From: Sulfurospirillum sp.
GTDB taxonomy: Bacteria; Campylobacterota; Campylobacteria; Campylobacterales; Sulfurospirillaceae
Assembly: GCA_045047115.1 (NCBI GenBank)
Contig: JASFYR010000013.1
Coordinates: 1 to 64,000, forward strand
DNA: 64,000 bases
Direction: 5' to 3'
Shown here: positions 48,630 through 59,295 of the stretch, in pieces
How the letters are laid out: every line of letters begins with the position of its first letter
Position numbering within the stretch: position 1 is the first letter of the stretch
Program-made: the position numbers and the translations under genes
The notes under the pieces: generated by a model
Seen by the model: the letters and a program-made list of their open reading frames with translations, nothing else
Databases searched by the model: none
What the model was told of the DNA's origin: nothing

Positions 48630-49877
48630 ATGAGCATATTAAAAGATATAGACCCTATAATTTATGATTTAACACAAAAAGAGCTAGAGAGACAGACAGA
48701 CAATCTTGAAATGATTGCCAGTGAAAACTTTACATATCCAGCTGTCATGGAAGCTATGGGAAGTGTTTTTACAAACAAATACGCCGAAGGGTACCCAAAT
48801 AAAAGATACTACGGTGGTTGTGAATTTGCCGATCAGGTTGAGCAATTAGCAATTCAGAGAGCCTGTGAACTCTTTGGTTGCAAATTTGCAAATGTTCAAC
48901 CCAACTCAGGAAGCCAGGCAAATCAGGGTGTATATCAAGCACTTTTGAAACCTTATGACAAGCTTTTAGGTATGGACTTGAGTCAAGGGGGACACCTAAC
49001 TCACGGCTCAAAAGTAAGCAGTTCGGGAAAGACATACTCTAGCTTCTTTTATGGAGTAGATGAAAACGGCAGAATTAACTATGAAAAAGTCAGAGAAATA
49101 GCCAAAATAGTCCAGCCAAAGATCATCGTTTGTGGCGCAAGTGCCTATCCCAGAGTGATTGATTTTGCAAAATTTAGAGAGATAGCTGATGAAGTAGGGG
49201 CATACCTTTTTGCTGATATTGCACATTTTGCCGGGCTTGTAGCAGCAGGGGAGCACCCTAGCCCATTTCCTTACTGTCATGTAGTAACAAGCACGACTCA
49301 TAAAACATTAAGAGGTCCTAGAGGCGGACTTATCATGACAAATGATGAAGATTTGGCCAAAAAGATAAACAGTGCAATATTTCCCGGCATCCAGGGTGGT
49401 CCGTTGGTGCATGTTATAGCAGCAAAAGCAGTTGGGTTTTCTTACAATCTGCAACCTGAGTGGAAAGAGTATGCCAAAAGTGTCAAAGAAAATGCAAAAG
49501 TACTTGCTAATGTTTTGATTAAAAGAGGTTACGATGTAGTAAGCAATGGCACAGACAATCACCTCATACTTGTCTCTTTTCTGAATAAAAGCTTTAGCGG
49601 AAAAGAAGCAGACATTGCTCTTGGAAACGCAGGAATTACTGTCAATAAAAACACAGTTCCGGGGGAGACAAGAAGCCCATTTGTAACAAGTGGTGTAAGA
49701 ATAGGAAGTGCAGCGCTGAGTGCTAGAGGCATGGGAGCAAAAGAGTTCGAGATCATAGCAAACAGAATCGCCGATGTATTAGATGATATAGAAGATTTAG
49801 AGCTACAAAAAAGAGTAAAAAATGAAATGAAAGAGTTAGCTAGTAACTTTGTGATATATGACAGACCAACTTACTAG
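48630..49877 (+). CDS. glyA: Serine hydroxymethyltransferase
   Basis: IASEN, YAEGYP, GGHLTHG and [12 protein letters not shown] motifs. Confidence 0.98.
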   Translation: MSILKDIDPIIYDLTQKELERQTDNLEMIASENFTYPAVMEAMGSVFTNKYAEGYPNKRYYGGCEFADQVEQLAIQRACELFGCKFANVQPNSGSQANQGVYQALLKPYDKLLGMDLSQGGHLTHGSKVSSSGKTYSSFFYGVDENGRINYEKVREIAKIVQPKIIVCGASAYPRVIDFAKFREIADEVGAYLFADIAHFAGLVAAGEHPSPFPYCHVVTSTTHKTLRGPRGGLIMTNDEDLAKKINSAIFPGIQGGPLVHVIAAKAVGFSYNLQPEWKEYAKSVKENAKVLANVLIKRGYDVVSNGTDNHLILVSFLNKSFSGKEADIALGNAGITVNKNTVPGETRSPFVTSGVRIGSAALSARGMGAKEFEIIANRIADVLDDIEDLELQKRVKNEMKELASNFVIYDRPTY

Positions 49878-49885
49878 GAAACAAA

Positions 49886-50428
49886 ATGCACAATATAGAT
49901 ACAACTTTGATTAAAATCAATACTTCCCACTACTGGATTAAAAGGGATAAAATTATACAAAAAATTTCTCATAATGGTAGAACTTTTTTTGATAAATTTG
50001 AAAAAATTGATGAAAAATTAACAAATCAAATTGTAAAAGAGCATTTGGCGGGTAACATTATTGTTGCCCACTCTTTGATAAATAAATTTAACAAGGTTGA
50101 AAATATTGTCATTGACTATAACGGTAGAAACACCCAAAGATTTTGGCATAGGGCACAGTTATTGCTTAGAGAAGAGGGATATATAAATTTTACAGCTTAT
50201 GAGAGTAAAACACCGGGTCATCTGCACCTTTATATCCACAAAGGGCACACTACTTTTGGGGAGGGTTGTCAGATTGCAAAACTGATCTCTATGAAATTGG
50301 CACAAAAAATGCCAAGAGAATGGAAAGTATTCCCAAATACTGATGTACCTAAAGAGTTCAATATCTTGACACTTCCTTATAAGGTGTATAACAAGGAGAG
50401 AGGCGCATCTTGGTCAAAACATATGTAA
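49886..50428 (+). CDS. DUF1882 family protein
   Basis: ENIVIDYNG and ESKTPGHLHLY motifs; follows glyA as in Campylobacter. Confidence 0.8.
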   Translation: MHNIDTTLIKINTSHYWIKRDKIIQKISHNGRTFFDKFEKIDEKLTNQIVKEHLAGNIIVAHSLINKFNKVENIVIDYNGRNTQRFWHRAQLLLREEGYINFTAYESKTPGHLHLYIHKGHTTFGEGCQIAKLISMKLAQKMPREWKVFPNTDVPKEFNILTLPYKVYNKERGASWSKHM

Positions 50429-50449
50429 GCACTCTAGCAAAAAGGAGAT

Positions 50450-51139
50450 GTGATGGAAAATAAAAATGAATTAAGTGATATAGTTTTGGAAAAAGACGAC
50501 GGAAAAATCCTAAAGGCAAAAAGAGTATTGATAATAATCGCCATATTGATTATACTATTTTTGGTTGTTATTTTATCCATGAAACTTTTCAACAGTCCTG
50601 CCAATAATAAAACATCTGATTTAGTACTGCCTCCAGAACCAACCTCTAATGTGCAAAATATAAAAAAAAATGAAGAGCTTTTTAAACAGGTTCCTATTAT
50701 AGAGAAGAACACTACTAAAAAAGACAATTTTGAAAATATTGTTAAAAATCTAAAAGAAAAAGAGACAAAAAACAAACAGGCCCCAAAAGTTAAAAACGAT
50801 GCTCAAATTCAACCTGTTGTAAAACCTCTAACCAAATCAAAAATCACAAAAATTAAACCAAGCATTAAAAAAAGCACAGTAAAAACAAAAAAAATACTCA
50901 CAAAAAATGGAACTTATATCCAAGTAGGTGCCACATCCAAACACAGTCCAAATAAAAAATTTCTTAATAAAATTTCTTCTCAAAAGTTTCATTATAGGCT
51001 GTTACCAATCACAATAAAAGGCAGAAAAATCACCAAAATTTTAATTGGTCCTTTTGATAATCGCAAAATCGCAAAAGAAAATTTAGCAAAAGTCAAAAAG
51101 AATTTTAATAAAAATGCATTTATATATATTGTAAAATAG
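50450..51139 (+). CDS. SPOR-domain membrane protein (DedD/FtsN-like)
   Basis: N-terminal TM, Lys/Pro-rich linker, YIQVGA...KILIGPF. Confidence 0.88.
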   Translation: MMENKNELSDIVLEKDDGKILKAKRVLIIIAILIILFLVVILSMKLFNSPANNKTSDLVLPPEPTSNVQNIKKNEELFKQVPIIEKNTTKKDNFENIVKNLKEKETKNKQAPKVKNDAQIQPVVKPLTKSKITKIKPSIKKSTVKTKKILTKNGTYIQVGATSKHSPNKKFLNKISSQKFHYRLLPITIKGRKITKILIGPFDNRKIAKENLAKVKKNFNKNAFIYIVK

Positions 51140-51147
51140 GAGTTACT

Positions 51148-52557
51148 TTGTATTTTAAAACTCTTCTTTTTGACCAATTAACTCCAATTACAATATTTAA
51201 AAAATTACAGGAAAAATTTCAAAAGGAACTCTCTTTTCTCTTTGAGAGCGCAATCAACTCTGAAGAGGGCAACTTTAGTTTTTTATTTATAGGTGCCAGA
51301 GAGGAGATTACACATAAGAATCTAAAAAGTTTTTATATTGATGAAACAGGTGAAAAAAAAAGGGTTGACGACAATCCGTTTGATTTTTTAAAAAAAAGAT
51401 ACAAAGATATTGATACAAATCAATATAAAAAAATAACAAAACAGTTAAATATAGGATTTGCAGACGGTTTTATAGGCTATATCGGCTATGACTGTGTTAA
51501 AACATTTGAGCCTGTGTTACAAAAGCATATGAATTCTCTCAAAGATGAGATAAATATACCGGACTTGCATCTTATACGTCCAAAACTGATTTGTGCATTT
51601 TCACACAAATCAAACACATTGACACTACTTACTTTTATGCCAGAATTTGGGGAAAAGCTAGATGAAATAATCAAGCTTTTAAAAGAGCCTCACCAAGACA
51701 TACCTATAGTAAAAAGCAAGACAGAAGGATGCATAGGAAAATTTGCATTTTCAAAAGACGAGTTTTTTGATATGGTCAGAAAGTCAAAAGAGATGATTAG
51801 AAGTGGTGATGTTTTTCAGATTTTAATGTCAAACAGATATGTAAAATATGCTAAAATCGACAGACTCAGTTTTTACAGAATTCTAAGAAACAAAAACCCT
51901 TCACCATATATGTTTAATCTGAATTATGGAAAATTCTCAATCATCGGTAGCTCTCCTGAAGTGATGGTTGGTTTAAAAAACAACCATATAACACTCAGGC
52001 CGATAGCGGGTACCAGGAAAAGAGGTGAAGACTTCCAGAAGGATTTGGAACTAGCCCAAGATCTCTTAAATGATGAAAAAGAGAGAGCTGAACATCTTAT
52101 GCTTATAGATTTAGGCAGAAATGATGTAGGCAAAGTTGCAAGCACGGGAAGCGTAAAAGTAAAAGAGATGATGAGAGTTGAAAGATACTCACATGTGATG
52201 CACCTAGTAACTGATATAGAAGCACTCTTAGATAAAAAGTATGATATGTTTGACCTCTTCTCTGCCACTTTTACAGCCGGGACCATGACTGGCACACCAA
52301 AGATAAGAGCAATGGAGCTCATAAGTGAGTTTGAAGGATTAAAAAGAAGTTTTTACAGTGGGGCAGTCGGGTATTTTGGATTTGACGGAAATATGGATAG
52401 CGCTATCTTGATTAGGACAGCATACCTTGATGATGAAAAAATAATCTTTCAAGCTGGTGCTGGCATAGTAGCCGACAGCACACCTGAGTATGAATACCAA
52501 GAAGTTACAAATAAACTAGCTGCAATGACCAGCTCACTTGATGATTTGAGGATATAG
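51148..52557 (+). CDS. trpE: Anthranilate synthase component I
   Basis: FESA, GDVFQI, NPSPYM, SSPE, PIAGT, AEHLMLIDLGRND and GAGIVADS motifs. Confidence 0.9.
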   Translation: MYFKTLLFDQLTPITIFKKLQEKFQKELSFLFESAINSEEGNFSFLFIGAREEITHKNLKSFYIDETGEKKRVDDNPFDFLKKRYKDIDTNQYKKITKQLNIGFADGFIGYIGYDCVKTFEPVLQKHMNSLKDEINIPDLHLIRPKLICAFSHKSNTLTLLTFMPEFGEKLDEIIKLLKEPHQDIPIVKSKTEGCIGKFAFSKDEFFDMVRKSKEMIRSGDVFQILMSNRYVKYAKIDRLSFYRILRNKNPSPYMFNLNYGKFSIIGSSPEVMVGLKNNHITLRPIAGTRKRGEDFQKDLELAQDLLNDEKERAEHLMLIDLGRNDVGKVASTGSVKVKEMMRVERYSHVMHLVTDIEALLDKKYDMFDLFSATFTAGTMTGTPKIRAMELISEFEGLKRSFYSGAVGYFGFDGNMDSAILIRTAYLDDEKIIFQAGAGIVADSTPEYEYQEVTNKLAAMTSSLDDLRI

Positions 52558-52559
52558 AT

Positions 52560-53351
52560 ATAAAACTTTTCACCATATTTGGCAATCCTGTTTCACACTC
52601 AATCTCGCCACTTTTACATAACAGTGCAATAACCGCTCTAAACTTAGATGCATGCTATACAAGAACTATGCTAAAAGACAGCACTAAAATAATAGAAAAA
52701 TTCAAACAATTAAAATTAGATGGCGCAAATGTAACAGTTCCTCACAAAGAGTATGCATTTAAATTATGCGATACAGCAAAAGGCATATCCAAAAAAATAG
52801 GGGCTGTAAATACACTAATCAAAGATAAAAACAGAATAATAGGATACAACACAGATGCCCCCGGATTTTATGAATCCATAAAATCTTTTACAAACATAAA
52901 AAGTGCTCTAATTTTAGGTGCCGGAGGGACGGCAAAAGCTCTGTCTTTTATCCTAAATGACAATGGCATCAAAACTTCAATCCTCAACAGATCAAGCAGC
53001 AGACTTGAATTTTTCATAGACAATGGTTTTGAAACATTTACCCATGAGAGTTTTAAAACCAATAAATTTGATCTAATTATCAATACAACTCCCGCAGGAT
53101 TAAATGATGAAAACCTACCTCTGAAAGCAGAACTACTTAATCTTCTTATGTGTCAATCACAATATGCTTTTGATGTTATTTATGGTAGAATTACACCTTT
53201 TATAAAATTAGCTAAAAAACACTCCCTTTTATATAAAGATGGCTCCGATATGCTTTTGCTTCAGGCAGTATTGGCATTTAATCTATTTTACAAAAATGGA
53301 TTTGATAATAAAATTATAGAAAAAGAGATGAAAAAAGCTTTTAATTTATAG
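52560..53351 (+). CDS. aroE: Shikimate dehydrogenase
   Basis: In-frame upstream IKLFTIFGNPVSHSISP..HN, then NVTVPHK, NTD and GAGGTA; apparent ATA start after GAGGA. Confidence 0.9.
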   Translation: MKLFTIFGNPVSHSISPLLHNSAITALNLDACYTRTMLKDSTKIIEKFKQLKLDGANVTVPHKEYAFKLCDTAKGISKKIGAVNTLIKDKNRIIGYNTDAPGFYESIKSFTNIKSALILGAGGTAKALSFILNDNGIKTSILNRSSSRLEFFIDNGFETFTHESFKTNKFDLIINTTPAGLNDENLPLKAELLNLLMCQSQYAFDVIYGRITPFIKLAKKHSLLYKDGSDMLLLQAVLAFNLFYKNGFDNKIIEKEMKKAFNL

Positions 53352-53407
53352 TATTTTTAGTACATTTACAATAAAATAGAAATCAAAATCTAACATAAAG
53401 GAAAAAT

Positions 53408-54475
53408 ATGAAAAATATTTTTAAGCTGATATTGATTATTAGTGCAGTTTTACTGCTATCAGATAGTGCTTTTGCCAAAAAAGTTCACTGGAGACTTGCT
53501 ATGAGTTGGCCAAGTACACTTTCACCGCTTGCAAATCCACCTCAAAAACTTGCAAAACTTGTAAAAAAGATGACAAATGGAAAATTTATCATCAAAGTTG
53601 AAGGCTCTGAAAAAACAAAGTCTGCTCTTGGCGTTTTTGATATGGTCAAAGGTGGAGCATATCAAATGGGTCATACTGGCTCATACTACTATATAGGAAA
53701 AGATCCAAATACAGTATGGTTTACTACAGTTCCTTGGGGTATGACAAAAGCTGAACAAGATGCTTGGTACTATTATGGGAACGGCATGAAATATATGGAA
53801 AAAGTATATGGCAAGTATGGCATGTTGGCATTTCCTGGTGGAAACACAGGCGTCCAGATGGGCGGTTGGTTCAGAAAAGAGATCAAAACCGTCAATGACT
53901 TAAAAGGTCTTAAGATGAGAATTCCTGGTTTTGCCGGAAAAGTTATGGCTAAACTTGGCGTTAATGTTGTAAATATCCCTGGTGGAGAGCTTTACACATC
54001 ACTAGATCGTGGTACAATTGATGCGCTTGAGTGGGTTGGGCCTGGAATGGACATAAAAATGGGCTTCTATAAAGTTGCACCATACTACTATACAGGATGG
54101 CACGAGCCGGCAAGTGAGATGACATTTGTAATCAACAAAAAAGCATATAACAAACTTCCTGATAACTATAAAGTTATACTAAAAACTGCTATGAAAGCAG
54201 TAAGTGCAGATATGTTTATGGAAAACTTTGCTGATAGTGCAACTGCTTGGGCAAAGATGAAAAAAGAGTATCCTAGTATAAAAGTTGAAACTTTTCCAAA
54301 ACCGGTACTTAAGGCTATGAAAAAAGCAACTGACGAAATCATGGAATCATATGCAAAGAAAAATCCACTTTTTAATGAGATTTGGAATGACCAAAAAGCT
54401 TTTATGAAAAAAGCTAGAAAATGGTCTTATATGTCAAGATACTACTACTTACAAGCTTCAAAAGAAGTAGAATAA
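53408..54475 (+). CDS. dctP: TRAP transporter substrate-binding protein (TakP-like, 2-oxoacid/monocarboxylate)
   Basis: Signal peptide; GGNTGVQMGGWF, KMRIPG and GWHEP motifs. Confidence 0.9.
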   Translation: MKNIFKLILIISAVLLLSDSAFAKKVHWRLAMSWPSTLSPLANPPQKLAKLVKKMTNGKFIIKVEGSEKTKSALGVFDMVKGGAYQMGHTGSYYYIGKDPNTVWFTTVPWGMTKAEQDAWYYYGNGMKYMEKVYGKYGMLAFPGGNTGVQMGGWFRKEIKTVNDLKGLKMRIPGFAGKVMAKLGVNVVNIPGGELYTSLDRGTIDALEWVGPGMDIKMGFYKVAPYYYTGWHEPASEMTFVINKKAYNKLPDNYKVILKTAMKAVSADMFMENFADSATAWAKMKKEYPSIKVETFPKPVLKAMKKATDEIMESYAKKNPLFNEIWNDQKAFMKKARKWSYMSRYYYLQASKEVE

Positions 54476-54479
54476 AACT

Positions 54480-54504
54480 TTTGGCCGGTCAAAAGCCGGT
54501 CAAA
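54480..54504 (+). other. Stem-loop after dctP (likely mRNA stabiliser)
   Basis: TTTGGCCGGT-CAAAA-GCCGGTCAAA pairs using G-U. Confidence 0.5.
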
Positions 54505-54525
54505 TCTTCTTAGAAAGAAAAACAG

Positions 54526-55065
54526 ATGCTAATAAAAATAGAACAAAAATTCAATAAATTCATGGATTATATGGGAAATATTCTCATTGTAATACTACTG
54601 TTAATGATACTAAATGTCTTTTATGATGTCCTTATGAGATACCTCTTCCACGATAGCTCAATTGCTATGCAGGAGATGGAGTGGCACCTTTTCGCTATAC
54701 TTATACTTTTTGGCACGTCATACTCACTAAAAGAAAATGCACATGTGAGGGTTGACTTCCTATATGACAAATTTAGTGAAAAAACAAAGGCCACTGTAAA
54801 TATAGTAGGAACCCTTATGTTTTTACTCCCTTTTACAGCTCTAATCATATATGGCTCTTATCCTTTTGTTATGGATTCATATAGTGTAAATGAGGTTTCA
54901 GGAGATCCGGGAGGTCTTAAATACCTTTGGCTTATAAAAGCTGCAATCCCTGTATCTTTTACAGTATTATTCCTAGAAGGAATCAACTATATAATCAAAA
55001 ATATAAATATATACAGAGGTATAGAAAAAACCAAAAAAATAGATCCTCAAGGAGCATTGTCTTGA
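54526..55065 (+). CDS. dctQ: TRAP transporter small permease
   Basis: QEMEWHLF, HVRVD and SGDPGG motifs; four TMs. Confidence 0.9.
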   Translation: MLIKIEQKFNKFMDYMGNILIVILLLMILNVFYDVLMRYLFHDSSIAMQEMEWHLFAILILFGTSYSLKENAHVRVDFLYDKFSEKTKATVNIVGTLMFLLPFTALIIYGSYPFVMDSYSVNEVSGDPGGLKYLWLIKAAIPVSFTVLFLEGINYIIKNINIYRGIEKTKKIDPQGALS

Positions 55066-56399
55066 TAGGTCTTATTATGTTTGCTGCAGCTCTCATACTG
55101 TTGGTAGTTGGCTATCCCGTAGCATTTACCTTTGGTGCAGTCTCTATGTTTTTTGGAGCACTTTCAGCCTTTTTTGAGGTTATTCCTGATGGTGGAACGA
55201 TGACTGATTTTATGGATGAATTTTTACAAATGTTCTCTATGATGCCATTTCGTATATTTTCCATAATGACAAATAAAATCCTTATGGCGGTGCCTCTTTT
55301 TATCTTTATGGGGATAGTTTTACAAAAATCAGAACTTGCCACAAGACTTCTAGAGTCCATGGGTGTGCTTTTTGGCAGAGTAAGAGGAGGACTTGCGGTC
55401 AGCACTGTTCTTATCGGTGCACTTTTGGCTGCTTCTACAGGTGTTGTCGGAGCCAGCGTAGTTGCTATGGGTGTGATTTCACTGCCTGTTATGCTAAAAT
55501 ACGGTTACTCTAAAAAACTAAGCACAGGAACAATTTGTGCGGCGGGAACGCTTGGTCAAATCATACCTCCGTCTATCGTTTTAATCGTACTTGGGGATGT
55601 CTTTCAGCTCCCTGTCGGCGATCTTTTTAAATTTGCTTTTTTTCCTGGACTCACACTGGTTGCTGCTTATATAATATACATATTGATAATCGCTTTCTTA
55701 GATAAAGATGCAGCACCTGCAATTGAGCTCGATATGACAATAACAAAAAAACAGAACATCACAAAAGCTCTGATTGCAATCATACCTCCGCTGGTACTCA
55801 TTATTTTGGTTTTAGGTTCTATATTTGCCGGGATTGCTACACCAACAGAATCCGCATCTGTTGGCTCGATAGGAGCGATACTGCTGGCTGCTGGCTACAA
55901 ACAGTTAAATATAAAGATGATAAAAGAAGCTTCCATAGGAACTATCAAAATAACAGCTATGGTTTTTGCCATCTTGATTGGTGCAACTGCCTTTTCTATG
56001 GTCTTTGTGTATAGTGGCGCAGATGATATAACTGCAAACTTCATGACTCACCTTCCGGGTCAAAAGTGGGGTTTTTTGGCTCTGTCTATGCTTGCTGTTA
56101 TGTTTTTGGGTTTTTTTATAGATTTTATAGAGATTTCATATATTGTTCTTCCTATCATACTGCCTATCGCACATACCATAGGGTTAGATCCATTATGGTT
56201 CGCAATACTCATGGCACTAAATCTTCAAACATCGTTTCTCACACCTCCGTTTGGTTTTTCACTCTTTTATCTAAAGGGTGTAGCGCCTCCTAACATACAG
56301 ACGACTGATATATATAAAGGTGTTATACCTTTTATTATAATTCAAGTATTAGTACTGTTGTCTGTGATAATTTTCCCACACTTTTATGGATTTAAATAA
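55062..56399 (+). CDS. dctM: TRAP transporter large permease
   Basis: AVPLFIFMG, GTLGQIIPPS, TPTES and FLTPPFG motifs; TTG 55062 after AAGGAG. Confidence 0.92.
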   Translation: MIGLIMFAAALILLVVGYPVAFTFGAVSMFFGALSAFFEVIPDGGTMTDFMDEFLQMFSMMPFRIFSIMTNKILMAVPLFIFMGIVLQKSELATRLLESMGVLFGRVRGGLAVSTVLIGALLAASTGVVGASVVAMGVISLPVMLKYGYSKKLSTGTICAAGTLGQIIPPSIVLIVLGDVFQLPVGDLFKFAFFPGLTLVAAYIIYILIIAFLDKDAAPAIELDMTITKKQNITKALIAIIPPLVLIILVLGSIFAGIATPTESASVGSIGAILLAAGYKQLNIKMIKEASIGTIKITAMVFAILIGATAFSMVFVYSGADDITANFMTHLPGQKWGFLALSMLAVMFLGFFIDFIEISYIVLPIILPIAHTIGLDPLWFAILMALNLQTSFLTPPFGFSLFYLKGVAPPNIQTTDIYKGVIPFIIIQVLVLLSVIIFPHFYGFK

Positions 56400-57796
56400 T
56401 GAAAACAATAGCAATCATAGGCAAACCAAATGTAGGCAAAAGCTCTCTATTTAACAGAATAGCAAAGCAAAGAATTGCCATAACATCAGATTTTAGCGGT
56501 ACTACAAGAGACGTCAAAACTCATGAAGTAGAAATATCAGGAAAACCATGTAAGATTTTAGATACCGGAGGATTAGATGACAAAGATGAGCTCTTCAAAA
56601 GCATAAGAGTAAAATCACTTGAAGCAGGTGAGAAAGCTGACATAATCATCATAATGGTTGACGGAAAAATGCTTCCTAATGATGAAGATAAAAAGATATT
56701 TTATACCCTGCAAGCACAAAATAAACCTATCGCTTTAGTTATCAACAAGATAGATAATGACAAAGAGATGCAAAGAGCTTGGGAATTCAGTGAATTTGGA
56801 GCCCAAAATGTTTTTCCTATATCTGTTTCACATAACAGAGGAGTTACAAAACTTTTGGAATGGACAGCCTCTCATCTTCCGCAAAATCAAACAGAGCTTA
56901 TTATAGAAGAAGATGAGGATGATTTTGATTTGGATGACTTCTTGGAAAAAGAGCCTGATTTGAAAAATGAGGCTAAAGATGAAGTGGAAACAAATGAAAT
57001 AAATGTTGCTATCATCGGAAGAGTGAATGTTGGCAAAAGCTCACTTTTAAACTCTCTTGTGGGAGAAAATCGGGCCGTAGTGAGCAAGGTAGCCGGTACA
57101 ACCATAGACCCCGTTGATGAAAATATTGCTTATAAAGATAAAATCATAAACTTTGTTGACACAGCAGGTGTGCGAAGACGAAGCAAGATAGAAGGCATAG
57201 AAAAATACGCTCTTATGCGCACAAATGCAATGCTTGAAAATGCTGACATTGCTCTTCTAGTCTTGGATGCAAGTGAGCCGTTTAAAGAGCTTGATGAGAG
57301 GATTGCAAACCTCGCAGACAAAAATTCACTGGGTGTCATACTTGTTCTAAATAAATGGGATAAGAGACTAGAGAGTTACAAAGAGAGTATAGATGAAATA
57401 CGCGACAGATTCAAATTTTTATCATTCGCCCCTATAATAACTGTCTCAGCACTCTCACAACAAAGAGTCCATAAGATAAAAGATTTGATTTTGAGTGTAT
57501 ATGAAAATTATAAAAGAAGAATACCGACTTCAAAACTGAACGAACTTATAAAAAAGGCAACCGTGAGACATCAACTGCCAGCTGATAAAACAAAGAGAAT
57601 TAAAATATATTTTGCAACTCAGTATGATATAAAACCACCTAAAATAGCACTTGTAATGAACAGACCAAAAGCTCTGCATTTTAGCTACAAAAGATACCTT
57701 TTAAACCAACTAAGAGAAGAATTTGAGCTAGAAGGAACACCTGTACTTCTATACCCTAGAGCTAAAGGTGAAAAAGATGAGAGCAATGAAGCCTAA
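56399..57796 (+). CDS. der: Ribosome biogenesis GTPase Der (EngA)
   Basis: Two G domains (GKPNVGKS, GRVNVGKS), acidic linker and KH-like tail. Confidence 0.97.
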   Translation: MKTIAIIGKPNVGKSSLFNRIAKQRIAITSDFSGTTRDVKTHEVEISGKPCKILDTGGLDDKDELFKSIRVKSLEAGEKADIIIIMVDGKMLPNDEDKKIFYTLQAQNKPIALVINKIDNDKEMQRAWEFSEFGAQNVFPISVSHNRGVTKLLEWTASHLPQNQTELIIEEDEDDFDLDDFLEKEPDLKNEAKDEVETNEINVAIIGRVNVGKSSLLNSLVGENRAVVSKVAGTTIDPVDENIAYKDKIINFVDTAGVRRRSKIEGIEKYALMRTNAMLENADIALLVLDASEPFKELDERIANLADKNSLGVILVLNKWDKRLESYKESIDEIRDRFKFLSFAPIITVSALSQQRVHKIKDLILSVYENYKRRIPTSKLNELIKKATVRHQLPADKTKRIKIYFATQYDIKPPKIALVMNRPKALHFSYKRYLLNQLREEFELEGTPVLLYPRAKGEKDESNEA

Positions 57797-58295
57797 GAAC
57801 ATAGTTCTCATTGGCTTTATGGGCGTTGGGAAAGGAACAGTTGCAAGGGAGATAAGCAAACAAAGCACTCTCTTTTCTATCGATAGTGATGATCTTATCG
57901 AAAGTTTTGAAAATAAAAGAATAAAAAAGATTTTTAGTGACAGTGGTGAAGAGTACTTTAGAAGCCTGGAGGCAAAAACATCAAAATGGCTGGAAAAAAA
58001 TGTCAAAAACTCTGTGATTTCAACAGGTGGTGGCTTTTATAAAGTAAAAAATCTAAAGAAGATAGGAACTGTCGTATATCTTCAATCTACTTTTGATGCT
58101 ATATTTGAGAGAATTTTAAACCACCCTAATGCAAAGAAAAAATTAGCAAAAAGACCACTTTTGAAAGATCTGAAAAAGGCACAAACTCTTTTCTACCAAA
58201 GAGTTAAAGAGTATGAAAATTGTGCAGACATAACAATAAATGTAGAAAAAAAAGACCCCGGTAAGATAGCAAAAGAGATATTAAATATGTTTTAG
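57786..58295 (+). CDS. aroK: Shikimate kinase
   Basis: GFMGVGK, DSD, GEEYFR, STGGG and RPL motifs; ATG 57786 preferred. Confidence 0.95.
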   Translation: MKPKNIVLIGFMGVGKGTVAREISKQSTLFSIDSDDLIESFENKRIKKIFSDSGEEYFRSLEAKTSKWLEKNVKNSVISTGGGFYKVKNLKKIGTVVYLQSTFDAIFERILNHPNAKKKLAKRPLLKDLKKAQTLFYQRVKEYENCADITINVEKKDPGKIAKEILNMF

Positions 58296-58329
58296 ATATA
58301 ATCTCTAAAAAATATTAGGGATAAAATAC

Positions 58330-59292
58330 ATGAGAGTTTTGACAGGACTTCAACCTTCAGGTGCCTTGCACATAGGAAACTACTTCGGTTCAATAAGGCA
58401 AATGAAAGAACTTCAAGAGAGTAGCGATCTTTTTATATTTATAGCAAATTATCACGCTTTAACATCTCTAAAGGACTCTAGAGCACTAAAAGAAAACACT
58501 TTAGATGCCGCTATCAACTTTCTCTCTTTAGGAATAGACCCAAATAAAAGTACTTTCTGGCTTCAATCTGATGTCAAAGAGGTACTTGAACTCTACTGGA
58601 TATTATCTTCTTTCACCCCCATGGGCTTACTTGAGAGAGCTCACAGCTACAAAGACAAAGTAGCAAAAGGCATAACGGCAAATCATGCCCTTTTCTCTTA
58701 TCCCGTGCTGATGGCTGCAGATATATTGCTCTATGATTCTCAAATAGTGCCGGTCGGGAAAGATCAAATCCAACATGTTGAAATAACAAGAGACATAGCT
58801 ATAAAATTTAATAATGAATTTGGCGATATACTTACTGTGCCACAGTTTAAAGTTGATGAAGCAGTAGCCACTGTTCCTGGAATTGACGGAGCTAAGATGA
58901 GTAAGAGTTATGGAAATACGATAGATATATTTTGCACTCAAAAAGAGTTGAAAAAAACTACAGGCAAGATTGTAACAGACTCTACTCCCCTTGAGGAGCC
59001 TAAAGACTATGTCGCTTGTAATGTCTTTGCACTTGCTAAGTTATTTTTAGATGAGAATGGACAAGAAGAACTAAAAGAGAGATATATGAGAGGTGGTGAA
59101 GGATATGGTCACTTCAAGATGTATCTCAAAGAGTTGATTTGGAACTATTTTGAGCCGGCTAGAGATAAGAGAGAGTACTATTTGAATCATAAAGATGAAG
59201 TAAGAGACATACTCCACAACGGAGCAAGAAAGGCAAGAAAGATAGCTGTTAAAAAAATGGAAGATATAAAAGAAAAAGTTGGGATACTATAA
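58330..59292 (+). CDS. trpS: Tryptophan-tRNA ligase
   Basis: HIGN, GKDQ and KMSKS motifs. Confidence 0.98.
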   Translation: MRVLTGLQPSGALHIGNYFGSIRQMKELQESSDLFIFIANYHALTSLKDSRALKENTLDAAINFLSLGIDPNKSTFWLQSDVKEVLELYWILSSFTPMGLLERAHSYKDKVAKGITANHALFSYPVLMAADILLYDSQIVPVGKDQIQHVEITRDIAIKFNNEFGDILTVPQFKVDEAVATVPGIDGAKMSKSYGNTIDIFCTQKELKKTTGKIVTDSTPLEEPKDYVACNVFALAKLFLDENGQEELKERYMRGGEGYGHFKMYLKELIWNYFEPARDKREYYLNHKDEVRDILHNGARKARKIAVKKMEDIKEKVGIL

Positions 59293-59295
59293 TAA

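Noticed and set aside
58296..58329. T-box or attenuator before trpS
   Set aside because: The gap is only 34 bp, containing a -10 box and RBS.
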